A stretch of DNA of 32,000 nucleotides from an uncultured Thermofilaceae archaeon (GCA_964489665.1 CAZAZN010000003.1:28192-60191), one strand, 5' to 3'; shown: positions 8,086 to 16,363, counted from the stretch's first letter. Translations and numbers: made by a program. The notes: generated by a model from the letters alone, not told the origin.

Positions 8086-9006
8086 ATGGGGAGGCGAGGG
8101 AGCGGCAGGAGGACGCGTAGGAGCGCTCGGGCAAGGTACTTAGCTAGGAGGGTTAGGACCAGCTACTGGAGGCCCGGGTGCAACTACCTCGAGGCCATAG
8201 TTAAGGCGCTTAGGAAGGTGAAGCTTAGGGACGGGGACATCGTGGTGGTCTCGGAGAAAGCTATCTCGGTAGCCGAGGGCAATATCGTGGATGAGAGCGG
8301 GATAAGGCCTAGCCTACTGGCGAGGCTAATAGCCAAGTACTGGATGAGGCTCGTATGGGGCTACCTACTCGGCGTCCTCAGCGGGCTGAGCAGGAGGACC
8401 CTCTACAACCTGCGAAACTACCCCTTAGAGCTAGGTGCTCGCCACAAGGAGCTAGCCCTTAGGCTCACGTCCCCCCTCCAAGCCCTCTCCTTCGGCTCGG
8501 AGGGGGGCATCGACGGATCTAACCTCCCGTACTCCTACGTAGCCCTCCCGCTTAGAGACCCCCAGGCGGTTGCTGAGAGGATAAGGAGCTATATTAGGGA
8601 GAGGCTTGGCAGGGACGTCGTAGTCGTCATCTCGGACTCCGATAGGTGCTACTCGTGGAGGAGCTTCCACATAACCCCAAGGCCGACGGCTGTTAAAGGC
8701 ATCAAGTCGGCTGGTGGCTTCTTAACCTACGTGATCTGCAACTTCCTTAAGCTAAGGTCCCATCCCACGCCCGTCGCTGTAGCGGGCGGAGACTTCAGCA
8801 TTGAGGAGCTTCTAACAGTAACGGCTATCGCGGAGAGGCTTAGGGGGCATGGCGCTGGGAGGGACGTGTGGGAGATGGCGAGGAGGTTCGGGACCTCCCT
8901 AGATGGCGTCACCTGGGAAATGCTGGAGAGCATCCCCCACTACCCGATAGTCGTTGTTAGGCGAATTCCGAGAAAAAGAGCGGAACGCAAAAAGCTAGGG
9001 GGTTAA
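8086..9006 (+). CDS. CofE-like (F420-0:gamma-glutamyl ligase family) protein
   Basis: 306 aa with LRDGDIVVVSEKAISVAEGN, SEGGIDGSNLP and VVVISDSDRCYSWR, corresponding to the CofE-family blocks DGD..VV.SK..SKAEGR, GIDASN and V.I.DT.GR. Confidence 0.65.
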   Translation: MGRRGSGRRTRRSARARYLARRVRTSYWRPGCNYLEAIVKALRKVKLRDGDIVVVSEKAISVAEGNIVDESGIRPSLLARLIAKYWMRLVWGYLLGVLSGLSRRTLYNLRNYPLELGARHKELALRLTSPLQALSFGSEGGIDGSNLPYSYVALPLRDPQAVAERIRSYIRERLGRDVVVVISDSDRCYSWRSFHITPRPTAVKGIKSAGGFLTYVICNFLKLRSHPTPVAVAGGDFSIEELLTVTAIAERLRGHGAGRDVWEMARRFGTSLDGVTWEMLESIPHYPIVVVRRIPRKRAERKKLGG

Positions 9007-9710
9007 GCCCCGGCCTCTATCCCGAGGACGCGCATCGCCTTAAGGAGGGATACGCCAACTAGCGACGCGATCGCCGTCATGAGTAGCCTCTCGGCCACCG
9101 AGATGGGGAGGACGGCCATGAACAGCGCGGGAAGCCCGGGGATGCTCTCAACCGGCATGAACAGCCCAGCGAACTGTATGAAGGCGAGATTCCCGTACAT
9201 GTGATCCGCCATTAAGCCGCAGTAGCTCACCAGCGGAACTAGGTACTCAGTCCTAGCCCTCTTAGGGAGCTTCCACAGGGCTAGCGCTAGGGCGAGCGCT
9301 ACGATGTGCGGCACCGGGTACAGCGGAGCGGCCCTACCTACCCACGTGGCGTACCAGCCCGCGACTAGAGCCCCAAGGATGCAGGGCGCGGCGGCCCGCC
9401 TATACGGGCTCCCTCCGCGGGAGCTCGCAAGCCCCGCTACTAGGCTCGATATCACGGGCGCTGGGAGGAAGAGGAGGCCTATCGGGGTCGGCGTGCCTGA
9501 GGGTAGCACGAGCGCTATAGAGGTGCCTACTAGGGCTGCTAGCGCCCCCTTCCAGGGCCCCAGCGCTATCCCGAATACCGGCGCGATCGAGGCTGCCAGG
9601 TTTATCCTCCCCTTACCCCCTATGATCGGGATGCCGGGGATCAGCGTTAAGACGGCGTACGTCGCTGCTAGCACCGAAATCATGGACACATCCTTTGCCC
9701 TAAGCTTCAT
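9003..9710 (-). CDS. Integral membrane protein, ECF-transporter S-component-like (cofactor or precursor uptake candidate)
   Basis: 235 aa with about 6 predicted helices. The N-terminus KDVSMISVLAATYAVLTLIPGIPIIGG...INLAASIAPVFGIALGPWKGALAALVG resembles substrate-capture components. A BRE/TATA lies 27 bp upstream (leaderless). Confidence 0.45.
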   Translation of the reverse strand: MKLRAKDVSMISVLAATYAVLTLIPGIPIIGGKGRINLAASIAPVFGIALGPWKGALAALVGTSIALVLPSGTPTPIGLLFLPAPVISSLVAGLASSRGGSPYRRAAAPCILGALVAGWYATWVGRAAPLYPVPHIVALALALALWKLPKRARTEYLVPLVSYCGLMADHMYGNLAFIQFAGLFMPVESIPGLPALFMAVLPISVAERLLMTAIASLVGVSLLKAMRVLGIEAGA

Positions 9711-9732
9711 GGCGTGCTATTAACATACATTG

Positions 9733-9749
9733 AATTATAAGCCTTTGCA
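9733..9749 (-). promoter_or_regulatory. BRE/TATA promoter of the S-component-like gene (leaderless)
   Basis: The minus strand reads TGCAAAGGC-TTATAATT, with the TATA centre 27 nt upstream of the ATG at 9710. Confidence 0.5.
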
Positions 9750-9885
9750 CAGAATGGTACCGCTATTACCTATCGGTGTACTCGGCTACACGCCCATTGC
9801 CGTTAACCTTAGGGCCGTTAACAGTATACTTCGATGAGAGAGCCTAGGGCATTACTTATTTGCCGAGTTATCATTCAATCCAGGG

Positions 9886-10386
9886 GTGCTTGTCGTGGAA
9901 AGATGTTACATACTCTACGTCGTCCCGTTGCCGAAAAAGAGGGAGGATAAGCGGAGGTTCCTACTCAAGGTCTTCGGCTCTAACGTGACCATGGACATAC
10001 TGGAGCTAACCTGCACTAAGGAGAGGGTTGCCCAGAAGGAGCTGATAAGGAAGCTGCCGTACTCGAATAAGACAATAATATCCTACCTTAACGAGCTCGT
10101 ATCCCTAGGGATCTTAAAGGAGTCGATGGAGAGGGTGAGGAGGGACGGTAGGCGGATCTGGATCAAGCAGTATACGCTAACTAGGGTGGGGAGGCTGATC
10201 GCGCTCCTAGTTAGCCCTCCCGAGAGGTTGAGGAGGGAGGAGATCGAGAAGCTGCTTAAGGATCTCCTAAGGCTCTACCTAAGGTTCATAGTGAAGCTGT
10301 GCTTGAAGCACGGGCTGGACGCGGGCATCGTCCTCAAGCTCGCTGAGGAGGAGGTGAAGAGGCTTAGCGGGGGCTCTAAGGCATAA
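9886..10386 (+). CDS. Winged-helix transcription regulator (archaeal wHTH)
   Basis: 166 aa. ILELTCTKERVAQKELIRKLPYSNKTIISYLNELVSLGILKE is a typical HTH plus wing. The start codon is uncertain (GTG at 9886). Its stop lies 1 nt before the CitG-like gene, so the two are probably co-transcribed. Confidence 0.6.
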   Translation: MLVVERCYILYVVPLPKKREDKRRFLLKVFGSNVTMDILELTCTKERVAQKELIRKLPYSNKTIISYLNELVSLGILKESMERVRRDGRRIWIKQYTLTRVGRLIALLVSPPERLRREEIEKLLKDLLRLYLRFIVKLCLKHGLDAGIVLKLAEEEVKRLSGGSKA

Positions 10387-10387
10387 G

Positions 10388-11362
10388 GTGAGCGGGATGT
10401 CGGCCGAAGGGTGGAGGAGGGCTAGCGCTAGGATAGCGCGGAGGGTGGCTAGGTGTGCTCAGCTAGCCATGCTCCTCGAAGTTAGCGCCTATCCTAAGCC
10501 CGGCAACGTGCACAGGCTGAGGGATTTCAGGGAGACTAGGTACGAGCACTTCCTAGTGTCCTCCTGCATAGCTGCCGACTACTTCCGCGCGGCCGCCATT
10601 AGGGGGCTAAAGGCAAGTGTCGGGCTACTCGACTTTAGCGAGATCGGCGTTGGGAGGCTAATCGAGGCCTGCATGAGGGAGGTCATTCGGGAGCAGCGAG
10701 GCGGCAACACCTGCCTAGGGACGGTCACGATGCTAATGCCCCTAAGCGCGGCTAGCGCGTTAACGATGCTCGAAGGCGGCGACATGTATGGCGACCTGAG
10801 GGCTAACCTCTCCCTCGTGCTAAGGTCTACGACGCCGCGGGACGCGGTAGCGTTCTACAACGCGATTAAGGTGGCTAAGCCTAACATCGGGAGGTCTAAG
10901 TGGCTTGACGCGTTCGACGAGTCGTCTAAGAGGGTTATCCTGGAGAGGGGCATTACGCTATACCAGATATTCGAGTACGCGTCTAAGTACGATACCGTAG
11001 CTAGGGAGTGGGTTACGGACTTCGAAGTAACATTTAAGCTAGGAGCCCCTTACATGCAGAAACTGCTAGATGAGGGGTATGATATAAACGCAGCCATCGT
11101 ACACACCTTCCTAAAGATACTGTCAGAGATACCGGATACTCTGATCGTTAAGAAGGCGGGCCTAGAGAAGGCGCTCGAGGTGTCGAGGATGGCGAGGGAG
11201 GTTCTCGAGGCTGGGGGCTTAAGGACTCAGGAGGGCAGGAGGCTCCTAGCCGATATGGACTTCAAGCTAAGGGAGGAGGACCACCTGCTTAACCCGGGAA
11301 CGACGGCTGATATCACGGCGGCTAGCATAATGCTAGTCCTGTTGAGGGGCATGAAGTTTTAG
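10388..11362 (+). CDS. CitG-family (triphosphoribosyl-dephospho-CoA synthase-like) protein
   Basis: 324 aa. The CitG/MdcB hallmark N-terminus ALLLEVSAYPKPGNVHR appears here as AMLLEVSAYPKPGNVHRLRDF, followed by GGNTCLGTVTMLMPL and LNPGTTADITAAS. Alternative start ATG at 10397. Confidence 0.75.
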   Translation: MSGMSAEGWRRASARIARRVARCAQLAMLLEVSAYPKPGNVHRLRDFRETRYEHFLVSSCIAADYFRAAAIRGLKASVGLLDFSEIGVGRLIEACMREVIREQRGGNTCLGTVTMLMPLSAASALTMLEGGDMYGDLRANLSLVLRSTTPRDAVAFYNAIKVAKPNIGRSKWLDAFDESSKRVILERGITLYQIFEYASKYDTVAREWVTDFEVTFKLGAPYMQKLLDEGYDINAAIVHTFLKILSEIPDTLIVKKAGLEKALEVSRMAREVLEAGGLRTQEGRRLLADMDFKLREEDHLLNPGTTADITAASIMLVLLRGMKF

Positions 11363-11378
11363 GCTAGCGGCGCTTGCC

Positions 11379-12434
11379 TCAACGGGGCAGAAGGGGGACT
11401 ACGTAGCTCTGTGGCACCTCTAGGGAGCCCACCACGACCCTGTAGTACCTGTGGCCGCGCTTGTCAACTACCTCCTCCAGCTTACCCCTGAAGCGCACCC
11501 TCTCGCCCTCGTAGAGGACGCCGGAGAATATCCCCTCGAAGGAGACTATCTCGAGTATCTCGCCCACGTCCTCGCCGTGCTTAACGGCTACGTCCTCGAC
11601 CCTGTACAGGGCTGGCAGGAACAGCGACTCCGAGCTATCGGATATCGTGGCGCGCCCCTCTACCTCGCCTAGAGACCTGTACACCCTGTCGCCGTACCTC
11701 TCCCTTACCTCGCAATCCTTCCTAACGGCATGGATTGAGAAGTACCTCCCCCTGTAAACGCCGTAGTTCCATCTCCTCCTAGCTATCTCGAGCAGCTCCC
11801 TAGGGCTGATGCCAGCGTCCCTCGCGTGCTCCACGCTCCACCTCCTCAGGTAGTCCTCGCTTAGCGGCTTTACGGGCGATCGGGGGTCGAGCAGCGCCCC
11901 TCTTACGAACTCCTCGACCCTCCGCATGTTCTCCGCGCCGTACACCACTAGGTCTATGTCCGAGAGGGCTGGATTGTGTATCCCAAGGAGGGTTGAGCCG
12001 GTAACTCCCATATCCCTCGGGTCAACGCCAGCCTCCCGCGCTATCCAGCTAGCGAGCGACGCAACGTCCCTCTCCAGCGGGTCCCCGCCGCCTGAGGCTA
12101 GGATCTCCCTTAGCCTGTCCTCGGGCGCGTAATGCCTCTTAACGTACTCTCTAGGGACCATGGACATCCTTATCCCCCTTATGGGGCAGTAGTGCAGGTA
12201 GTGGGGGTACCGCTCTTCGAGAAGCTTGAAGCTCTCCCCCACTTGGACGACGTGGTACCTCTTGATGATCCTCTCGTACTTAACGCTCCCCCTCCTCCAT
12301 ATCCTTCCCGAGGCGGATGGAACGTACTTCAGGTAGGCCGTGTACTTCCCGGGCGGGTGCAGGTACCCTACGACGCAGAAGAATAGCCCCTCAACGGTCT
12401 CCAGGTAGTCCTTATCCTTCACGAGCCTACCCAC
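11379..12434 (-). CDS. Uncharacterised pol-beta-type nucleotidyltransferase family protein (paralogue 3 of 4)
   Basis: 351 aa with EGLFFCVVGYLHPP, GVTGSTLLGIHNPALSDIDLVVYG, and SDSSESLFLPALYRVE...GERVRFRGKLEEV. Its GTG start directly abuts the stop of paralogue 4 (12435), indicating translational coupling. Confidence 0.8.
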   Translation of the reverse strand: MGRLVKDKDYLETVEGLFFCVVGYLHPPGKYTAYLKYVPSASGRIWRRGSVKYERIIKRYHVVQVGESFKLLEERYPHYLHYCPIRGIRMSMVPREYVKRHYAPEDRLREILASGGGDPLERDVASLASWIAREAGVDPRDMGVTGSTLLGIHNPALSDIDLVVYGAENMRRVEEFVRGALLDPRSPVKPLSEDYLRRWSVEHARDAGISPRELLEIARRRWNYGVYRGRYFSIHAVRKDCEVRERYGDRVYRSLGEVEGRATISDSSESLFLPALYRVEDVAVKHGEDVGEILEIVSFEGIFSGVLYEGERVRFRGKLEEVVDKRGHRYYRVVVGSLEVPQSYVVPLLPR

Positions 12435-13499
12435 TCACTCCACCCGCTCCAAGGGGTACATAACGTCGTCGGCGTACTCCCCTAGCAACAGCCTGCAGAA
12501 GCGTCGACCCTTCTCCTCCACAACCTCGACTACGCCTCTCGCCAGCACCCTCTCGCCCTTAACGGCCTGCTCGCAGAACCTACCCCTAAACGAGGCGACC
12601 TCGAGCAGCGGGTAGGGAATGGAGCCCTCTAAGACCTCTACATCATCTACGAGGTACCTGCAGGGGGTGAATATCGAGTCCCCATCGTCAACTACCCTCG
12701 CAACTACCGTCGCTCGCCCAGCCCTGCGGTAAACCCTCTCCCCGTACCTCTCCCCGAACTCCCCAGGCCGCTTAACTAGCCTGATATAGAAGTCCCTACC
12801 CTTAAAGACCCCCTCCAGCACCTTCCTCCTCTCAACCCTCAGGAACTCCCTCAACGGCATGCGCGTATCTCGAGACCTAAACTCGTAGAGCTTGAGCAGC
12901 TCCTCCTCCCTATAGGCCCTCAGCTCGCCCTGGTCCGTCAAGACATCCTTAAGGTAGGAGTACAGTAGCCTACCCTCCCTCTCCCCGTAGACCACCAGGT
13001 CTATGTCGGAGCCCTCGGTGTGTAGCCCCACTAGGAGCGAGCCGCTAACTCCCATCGACTCCAGCTCAACTCCGGACGAGGATAGGCGCTCGGCTAGCCC
13101 TCGCGCAAGCTCCTCGAGCCCATCCCTAGCCCCCCGCTCTACGATCTCCCTTAGCCTAGAGGTTGGGCTGTACACGCGCCTTATCCTAGACAGGGGCACG
13201 GCTTGAAGCCAGCGGTTGAAGAACTTGTCGAAGTACATGTACTCGGGGAACCTGCTCCTGATAACCTCCTCCCTCCTCAGGAGGCTGTAGACCTTAGCGT
13301 AGCGCGTCCCGTCAGGCCCCACCCTGCTACCGCGCGGGTCCGGCACGTACCTAACGTAGGCTACGACCCTATCCGGCGGGTGGAGAAGGCCCTTAACGTC
13401 GAAAATCAGGCGGTCAACGGTCTCCAGGAAGTACCCCTCAATAGGCCTCTCGCCTAGGGTCTCGGCGGCTGATCTTTCCCCCAAGCCGATGGCACCCAT
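12435..13499 (-). CDS. Uncharacterised pol-beta-type nucleotidyltransferase family protein (paralogue 4 of 4)
   Basis: 354 aa with DRLIFDVKGLLHPP, GVSGSLLVGLHTEGSDIDLVVYG, and DDGDSIFTPCRYLVD...GERVLARGVVEVV. Its ATG lies 2 nt after the ftr stop. Confidence 0.8.
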   Translation of the reverse strand: MGAIGLGERSAAETLGERPIEGYFLETVDRLIFDVKGLLHPPDRVVAYVRYVPDPRGSRVGPDGTRYAKVYSLLRREEVIRSRFPEYMYFDKFFNRWLQAVPLSRIRRVYSPTSRLREIVERGARDGLEELARGLAERLSSSGVELESMGVSGSLLVGLHTEGSDIDLVVYGEREGRLLYSYLKDVLTDQGELRAYREEELLKLYEFRSRDTRMPLREFLRVERRKVLEGVFKGRDFYIRLVKRPGEFGERYGERVYRRAGRATVVARVVDDGDSIFTPCRYLVDDVEVLEGSIPYPLLEVASFRGRFCEQAVKGERVLARGVVEVVEEKGRRFCRLLLGEYADDVMYPLERVE

Positions 13500-13501
13500 C
13501 C

Positions 13502-14430
13502 CTACTCGGGCGGGGCGAGCTTCTCCCTGGCCTTCTCGACGGCTTCTCGAAGCCCTATCTTGTAGGGGCCAAGCTTCCCCCCGAAGTTCGCGGCGGATAT
13601 CTTCCTAACCCCCTTAACCCTAGCCGCTGCGAGGGCCGCTACCCCCATGGCGAGCGCTACCCGGTCGGCGCTTAAGCCGTTGATGACTATCTCGTACACG
13701 CACCTTACGCCCTCGGGGACGAGGGAGCCGGGCACCTTATCCCTGAGCGTGGGGCAGAGGAGGTGGTTAGTGTAGCTCTAAGCTTAGGGTACTTGAGCGA
13801 GCCGACCTTAGACCCGGACCTGACGATCCCGCCGGGAAAGGGCGTTATAACCCCCCTGACGTGCCTCCTAATGGCCCTGACGGCCTCTTCAGCCGCCCTA
13901 AGGCCGGCCTCCAAGCTCTCCGAGAGTATTATCACGTTCCCGCCAGCAACCCCCTTCACCACCCCAACGGTGTCCTCTACCAGGAACTCCCCCTCCATCA
14001 CGGGGATATGCCACATGGTCCGCCCGTAGTCCTCTCGCTTGTACTCGAAGCCGTCCCCAAACTTAGCGAGCGACGAGCCCAGCCGCATCCTCCTCTTCGC
14101 CTTAGGTAAAGCGTCGAACAGCGCGGTTGTGGGGCACGTGAGCACGCACTGCCCCACCCTACTCAGGAGCTGCAGCTTAAGCTCGGGTATCGTGCGGTGG
14201 TAGAGCTGGACTATAACCCCCGGCCTGCCGTCCGGGGTAGCGTTGCTGGAGACAAAGCACTCGACGCCGCCCTCCGCGGGGCACATTATTATCGAGGTCG
14301 CGAACCCGACCGCCTCAAGGGCTGCCGTTAGCGCCCACCTCCTGCTAGCGGCCGTGATCAGCAGCCTACACGCGTACATGGGAAAAGCCTCCGCGAACGT
14401 ATCCTCGACCTCAACCCTGTTTACGATCAT
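13502..14430 (-). pseudogene. ftr: Formylmethanofuran:H4MPT N-formyltransferase (Ftr) interrupted by a 1-nt frameshift
   Basis: ORF 13705-14430 carries the Ftr N-terminal and central part: VEDTFAEAF, LITAAS, IMCPAEGG, TPDGRPG, GQCVLTCPT, IPVMEGEF, GVAGGN, PFPGGIVRSGSKVGS. ORF 13502-13735, in another frame, carries the Ftr C-terminus: PEGVRCVYEIVINGL...ISAANFGGKLGPYKI. The frames switch at about 13772-13776. Confidence 0.85.
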
Positions 14431-14477
14431 GTAGGTCCCCCTAAACGATCTTAGGGGCCCCTATAAGTGCCTTGCAA

Positions 14478-14515
14478 GAAAAGAGGGAACAGAAGGGAAA
14501 AACTAGGAGAAAAAG
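14478..14515 (-). terminator. Oligo-T archaeal terminator-like tract downstream of the 613-aa gene
   Basis: On the minus strand, T5 (revcomp of 14510-14514), T5 (14498-14502) and T4 (14479-14482) start 6 nt after the TAA stop at 14522-14524. Confidence 0.45.
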
Positions 14516-14521
14516 GGATTT

Positions 14522-16363
14522 TTAGTAGGATGGGAGAACGTCGTGCTTCTCGGTGCAGAGGGCCTCGTAGATCTTCTTAGCGAGCCTCGCTACCTCCCTG
14601 GCCCTCTCCTTGCCTCCAGGTATGGCGCAGGTTAGGTAGGCTCCCTTCTCAGCCCTCTTAGCGGCCTCCTTCGGGTCCATTCCCAGTATCGCGGCGACGG
14701 CCGCCGGGATCGTGATGTTGATTATCGTGTGGCCGATGTAGGCGAGCTCTTGCATTAGGACGGCGCCAGCCATTAGCGCGATGCTGTACTCCTCCGGAGT
14801 AACGCCCTCCGGCACCTTGCCCTCAAGGACGAACTCGGGAATCGCCTTAGCGCACAGGTTCTCGACGTGTATCTTCTTCCCATCGATCGTGACATCATAG
14901 CTCACGAAGCTGTCAAAGCCCCAGTACTTCTTCGTGAACTTGTCAGTCCTCCTAGCCTGCGGCCTAATCTCGGTGAACTTAAGCTCTATCTTCTTGCCCG
15001 TGAAGGCGCTTAGTATTGCGGAGCCCCTCTTCTCCACGTACTCCTTCCTCTCGTCGTCTAGCTCCCTAGCGACTTCCTCCACGCTCTTCCCGGCCTTCAG
15101 GCCCTCGTAAACCTTCACAGCCCTCCTGTAGATCGCCCTATCCCTGATGTCCGTCGTGGCTACGATTATCGCCTTAGTGACCGGGCCCCTCATCACCTCC
15201 TCGGCCTTCCTAGCGATCGTGTTAGCGGCGCATATAGCCATCTCTGGGTCTATGTAGGACCTTAGCTTGTACTTCTTAATCTCCTCGGCAGCCGCGTAGA
15301 CGTCGCCCTTAAACTTGAGCAGGAGCCTCATCGCGGGGACTACGTCGCCACACAGGTGGCCACACGGCGCGTTCACGGGACCTCCGCTGAAGCCAGCGCC
15401 TATTATCGGGGCCTCCTCGAAGCCTGCGAATATCTCGTTTAGGGCCATAGCGCCTAGCGTGCTTATGCCGCCTATGTCCTTTAGTATTAGGCCGAAGTCG
15501 CCTATGACCCTAGCCGTGTCGAACTCCTCGCCAGTGCCCTTAAGGTGTAGCTTCTCGGGGAGCTTAGCGGCCTCGACGGCGCCCTTACCCGCCATGTAGG
15601 CCGCGTCCACTGTGCCAAACGGCCCGTACTCCTCCCCGACGAACGCGTCCGGGTGGACTATCTCTAGGGTCACGGCGCAGGCGATTAGGCACGGCCACAG
15701 CGGGTACGGGGTGATGCCGGCGCCCTCCATGGCCCTCATCATGGCCTCGGTGCCTACCTTAGCGGCGTTCTTGCACAGCTCGGGTATCACGATGTCCTCT
15801 CCAAGGGCGCTGTGTCCCCACGGGCTGCCTCCCGCTATGAACGGCGGTAGCTTAGCGCCGTCAACCCGAGTGAGCTTTTTGTCCATTAGGGCCTCATATA
15901 TCGCCTTGTAAGCGGCGAAGGCCGAGACCCTATTACTGAACTTGTTGGTGATTAGGGCTATTGCGCTAGTCCTAGTGGCGCCAGCGTACATCCTAGCTAG
16001 CGCTCCCAGCTTCCTGTTAGCCATGGGTACTCCAGCTCTCGCGGCAGCGCCAGCGAAGTAAGCTAAAGCTGCCACTATTAGTGCGGCGTTAGATGGGGCG
16101 GCGCCAGCGTTCTTAGCGGCTTCGACAGCGTTCTTTATGATCGTGTCGAGAGGTATCCGCGGAGCAGCGGCGTCAGTTAGCTCGGGGCTTAGGCCCGATA
16201 GTATATCTATCATTATGGAGTTAGCGGCGCAGAAAACGGGGATGACAAGGCTCCCGTGGCCCTTGGTAGCGGCCTCAAGGCGGTCATTAGTCATTAAGTC
16301 GGGCTTAAAAGTAACGGCGGCAAGCGTAGCCAGGAGCACTCGTTCCCTCTCAACTTGGCTCAT
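14522..16363 (-). CDS. Conserved-looking 613-aa protein of unknown function (orphan in the C1/Lar island)
   Basis: This is the longest ORF in the window, with uniform codon usage matching its neighbours. It has its own BRE/TATA, a G-rich SD-like leader and an oligo-T terminator. It is soluble and Ala/Gly-rich (for example GFSGGPVNAPCGHLCGDVVPAMRLL). I recognise no family motif. Confidence 0.85.
   Translation of the reverse strand: MSQVERERVLLATLAAVTFKPDLMTNDRLEAATKGHGSLVIPVFCAANSIMIDILSGLSPELTDAAAPRIPLDTIIKNAVEAAKNAGAAPSNAALIVAALAYFAGAAARAGVPMANRKLGALARMYAGATRTSAIALITNKFSNRVSAFAAYKAIYEALMDKKLTRVDGAKLPPFIAGGSPWGHSALGEDIVIPELCKNAAKVGTEAMMRAMEGAGITPYPLWPCLIACAVTLEIVHPDAFVGEEYGPFGTVDAAYMAGKGAVEAAKLPEKLHLKGTGEEFDTARVIGDFGLILKDIGGISTLGAMALNEIFAGFEEAPIIGAGFSGGPVNAPCGHLCGDVVPAMRLLLKFKGDVYAAAEEIKKYKLRSYIDPEMAICAANTIARKAEEVMRGPVTKAIIVATTDIRDRAIYRRAVKVYEGLKAGKSVEEVARELDDERKEYVEKRGSAILSAFTGKKIELKFTEIRPQARRTDKFTKKYWGFDSFVSYDVTIDGKKIHVENLCAKAIPEFVLEGKVPEGVTPEEYSIALMAGAVLMQELAYIGHTIINITIPAAVAAILGMDPKEAAKRAEKGAYLTCAIPGGKERAREVARLAKKIYEALCTEKHDVLPSY

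Noticed and set aside
13705-13776. C-terminal tail TLTTSSAPRSGIRCPAPSSPRA of the 241-aa Ftr ORF
   Set aside because: It is an out-of-frame read-through after the frameshift. The alternative frame over the same bases encodes the conserved Ftr block STNHLLCPTLRD...PEGVRCVYEIV.
14449-14462. 12-bp palindrome TAGGGGCCCCTA between the ftr TATA-like element and the start codon
   Set aside because: It is short and GC-rich, occurs once only, and overlaps the predicted transcription start and SD region. That is not enough to call it an operator.
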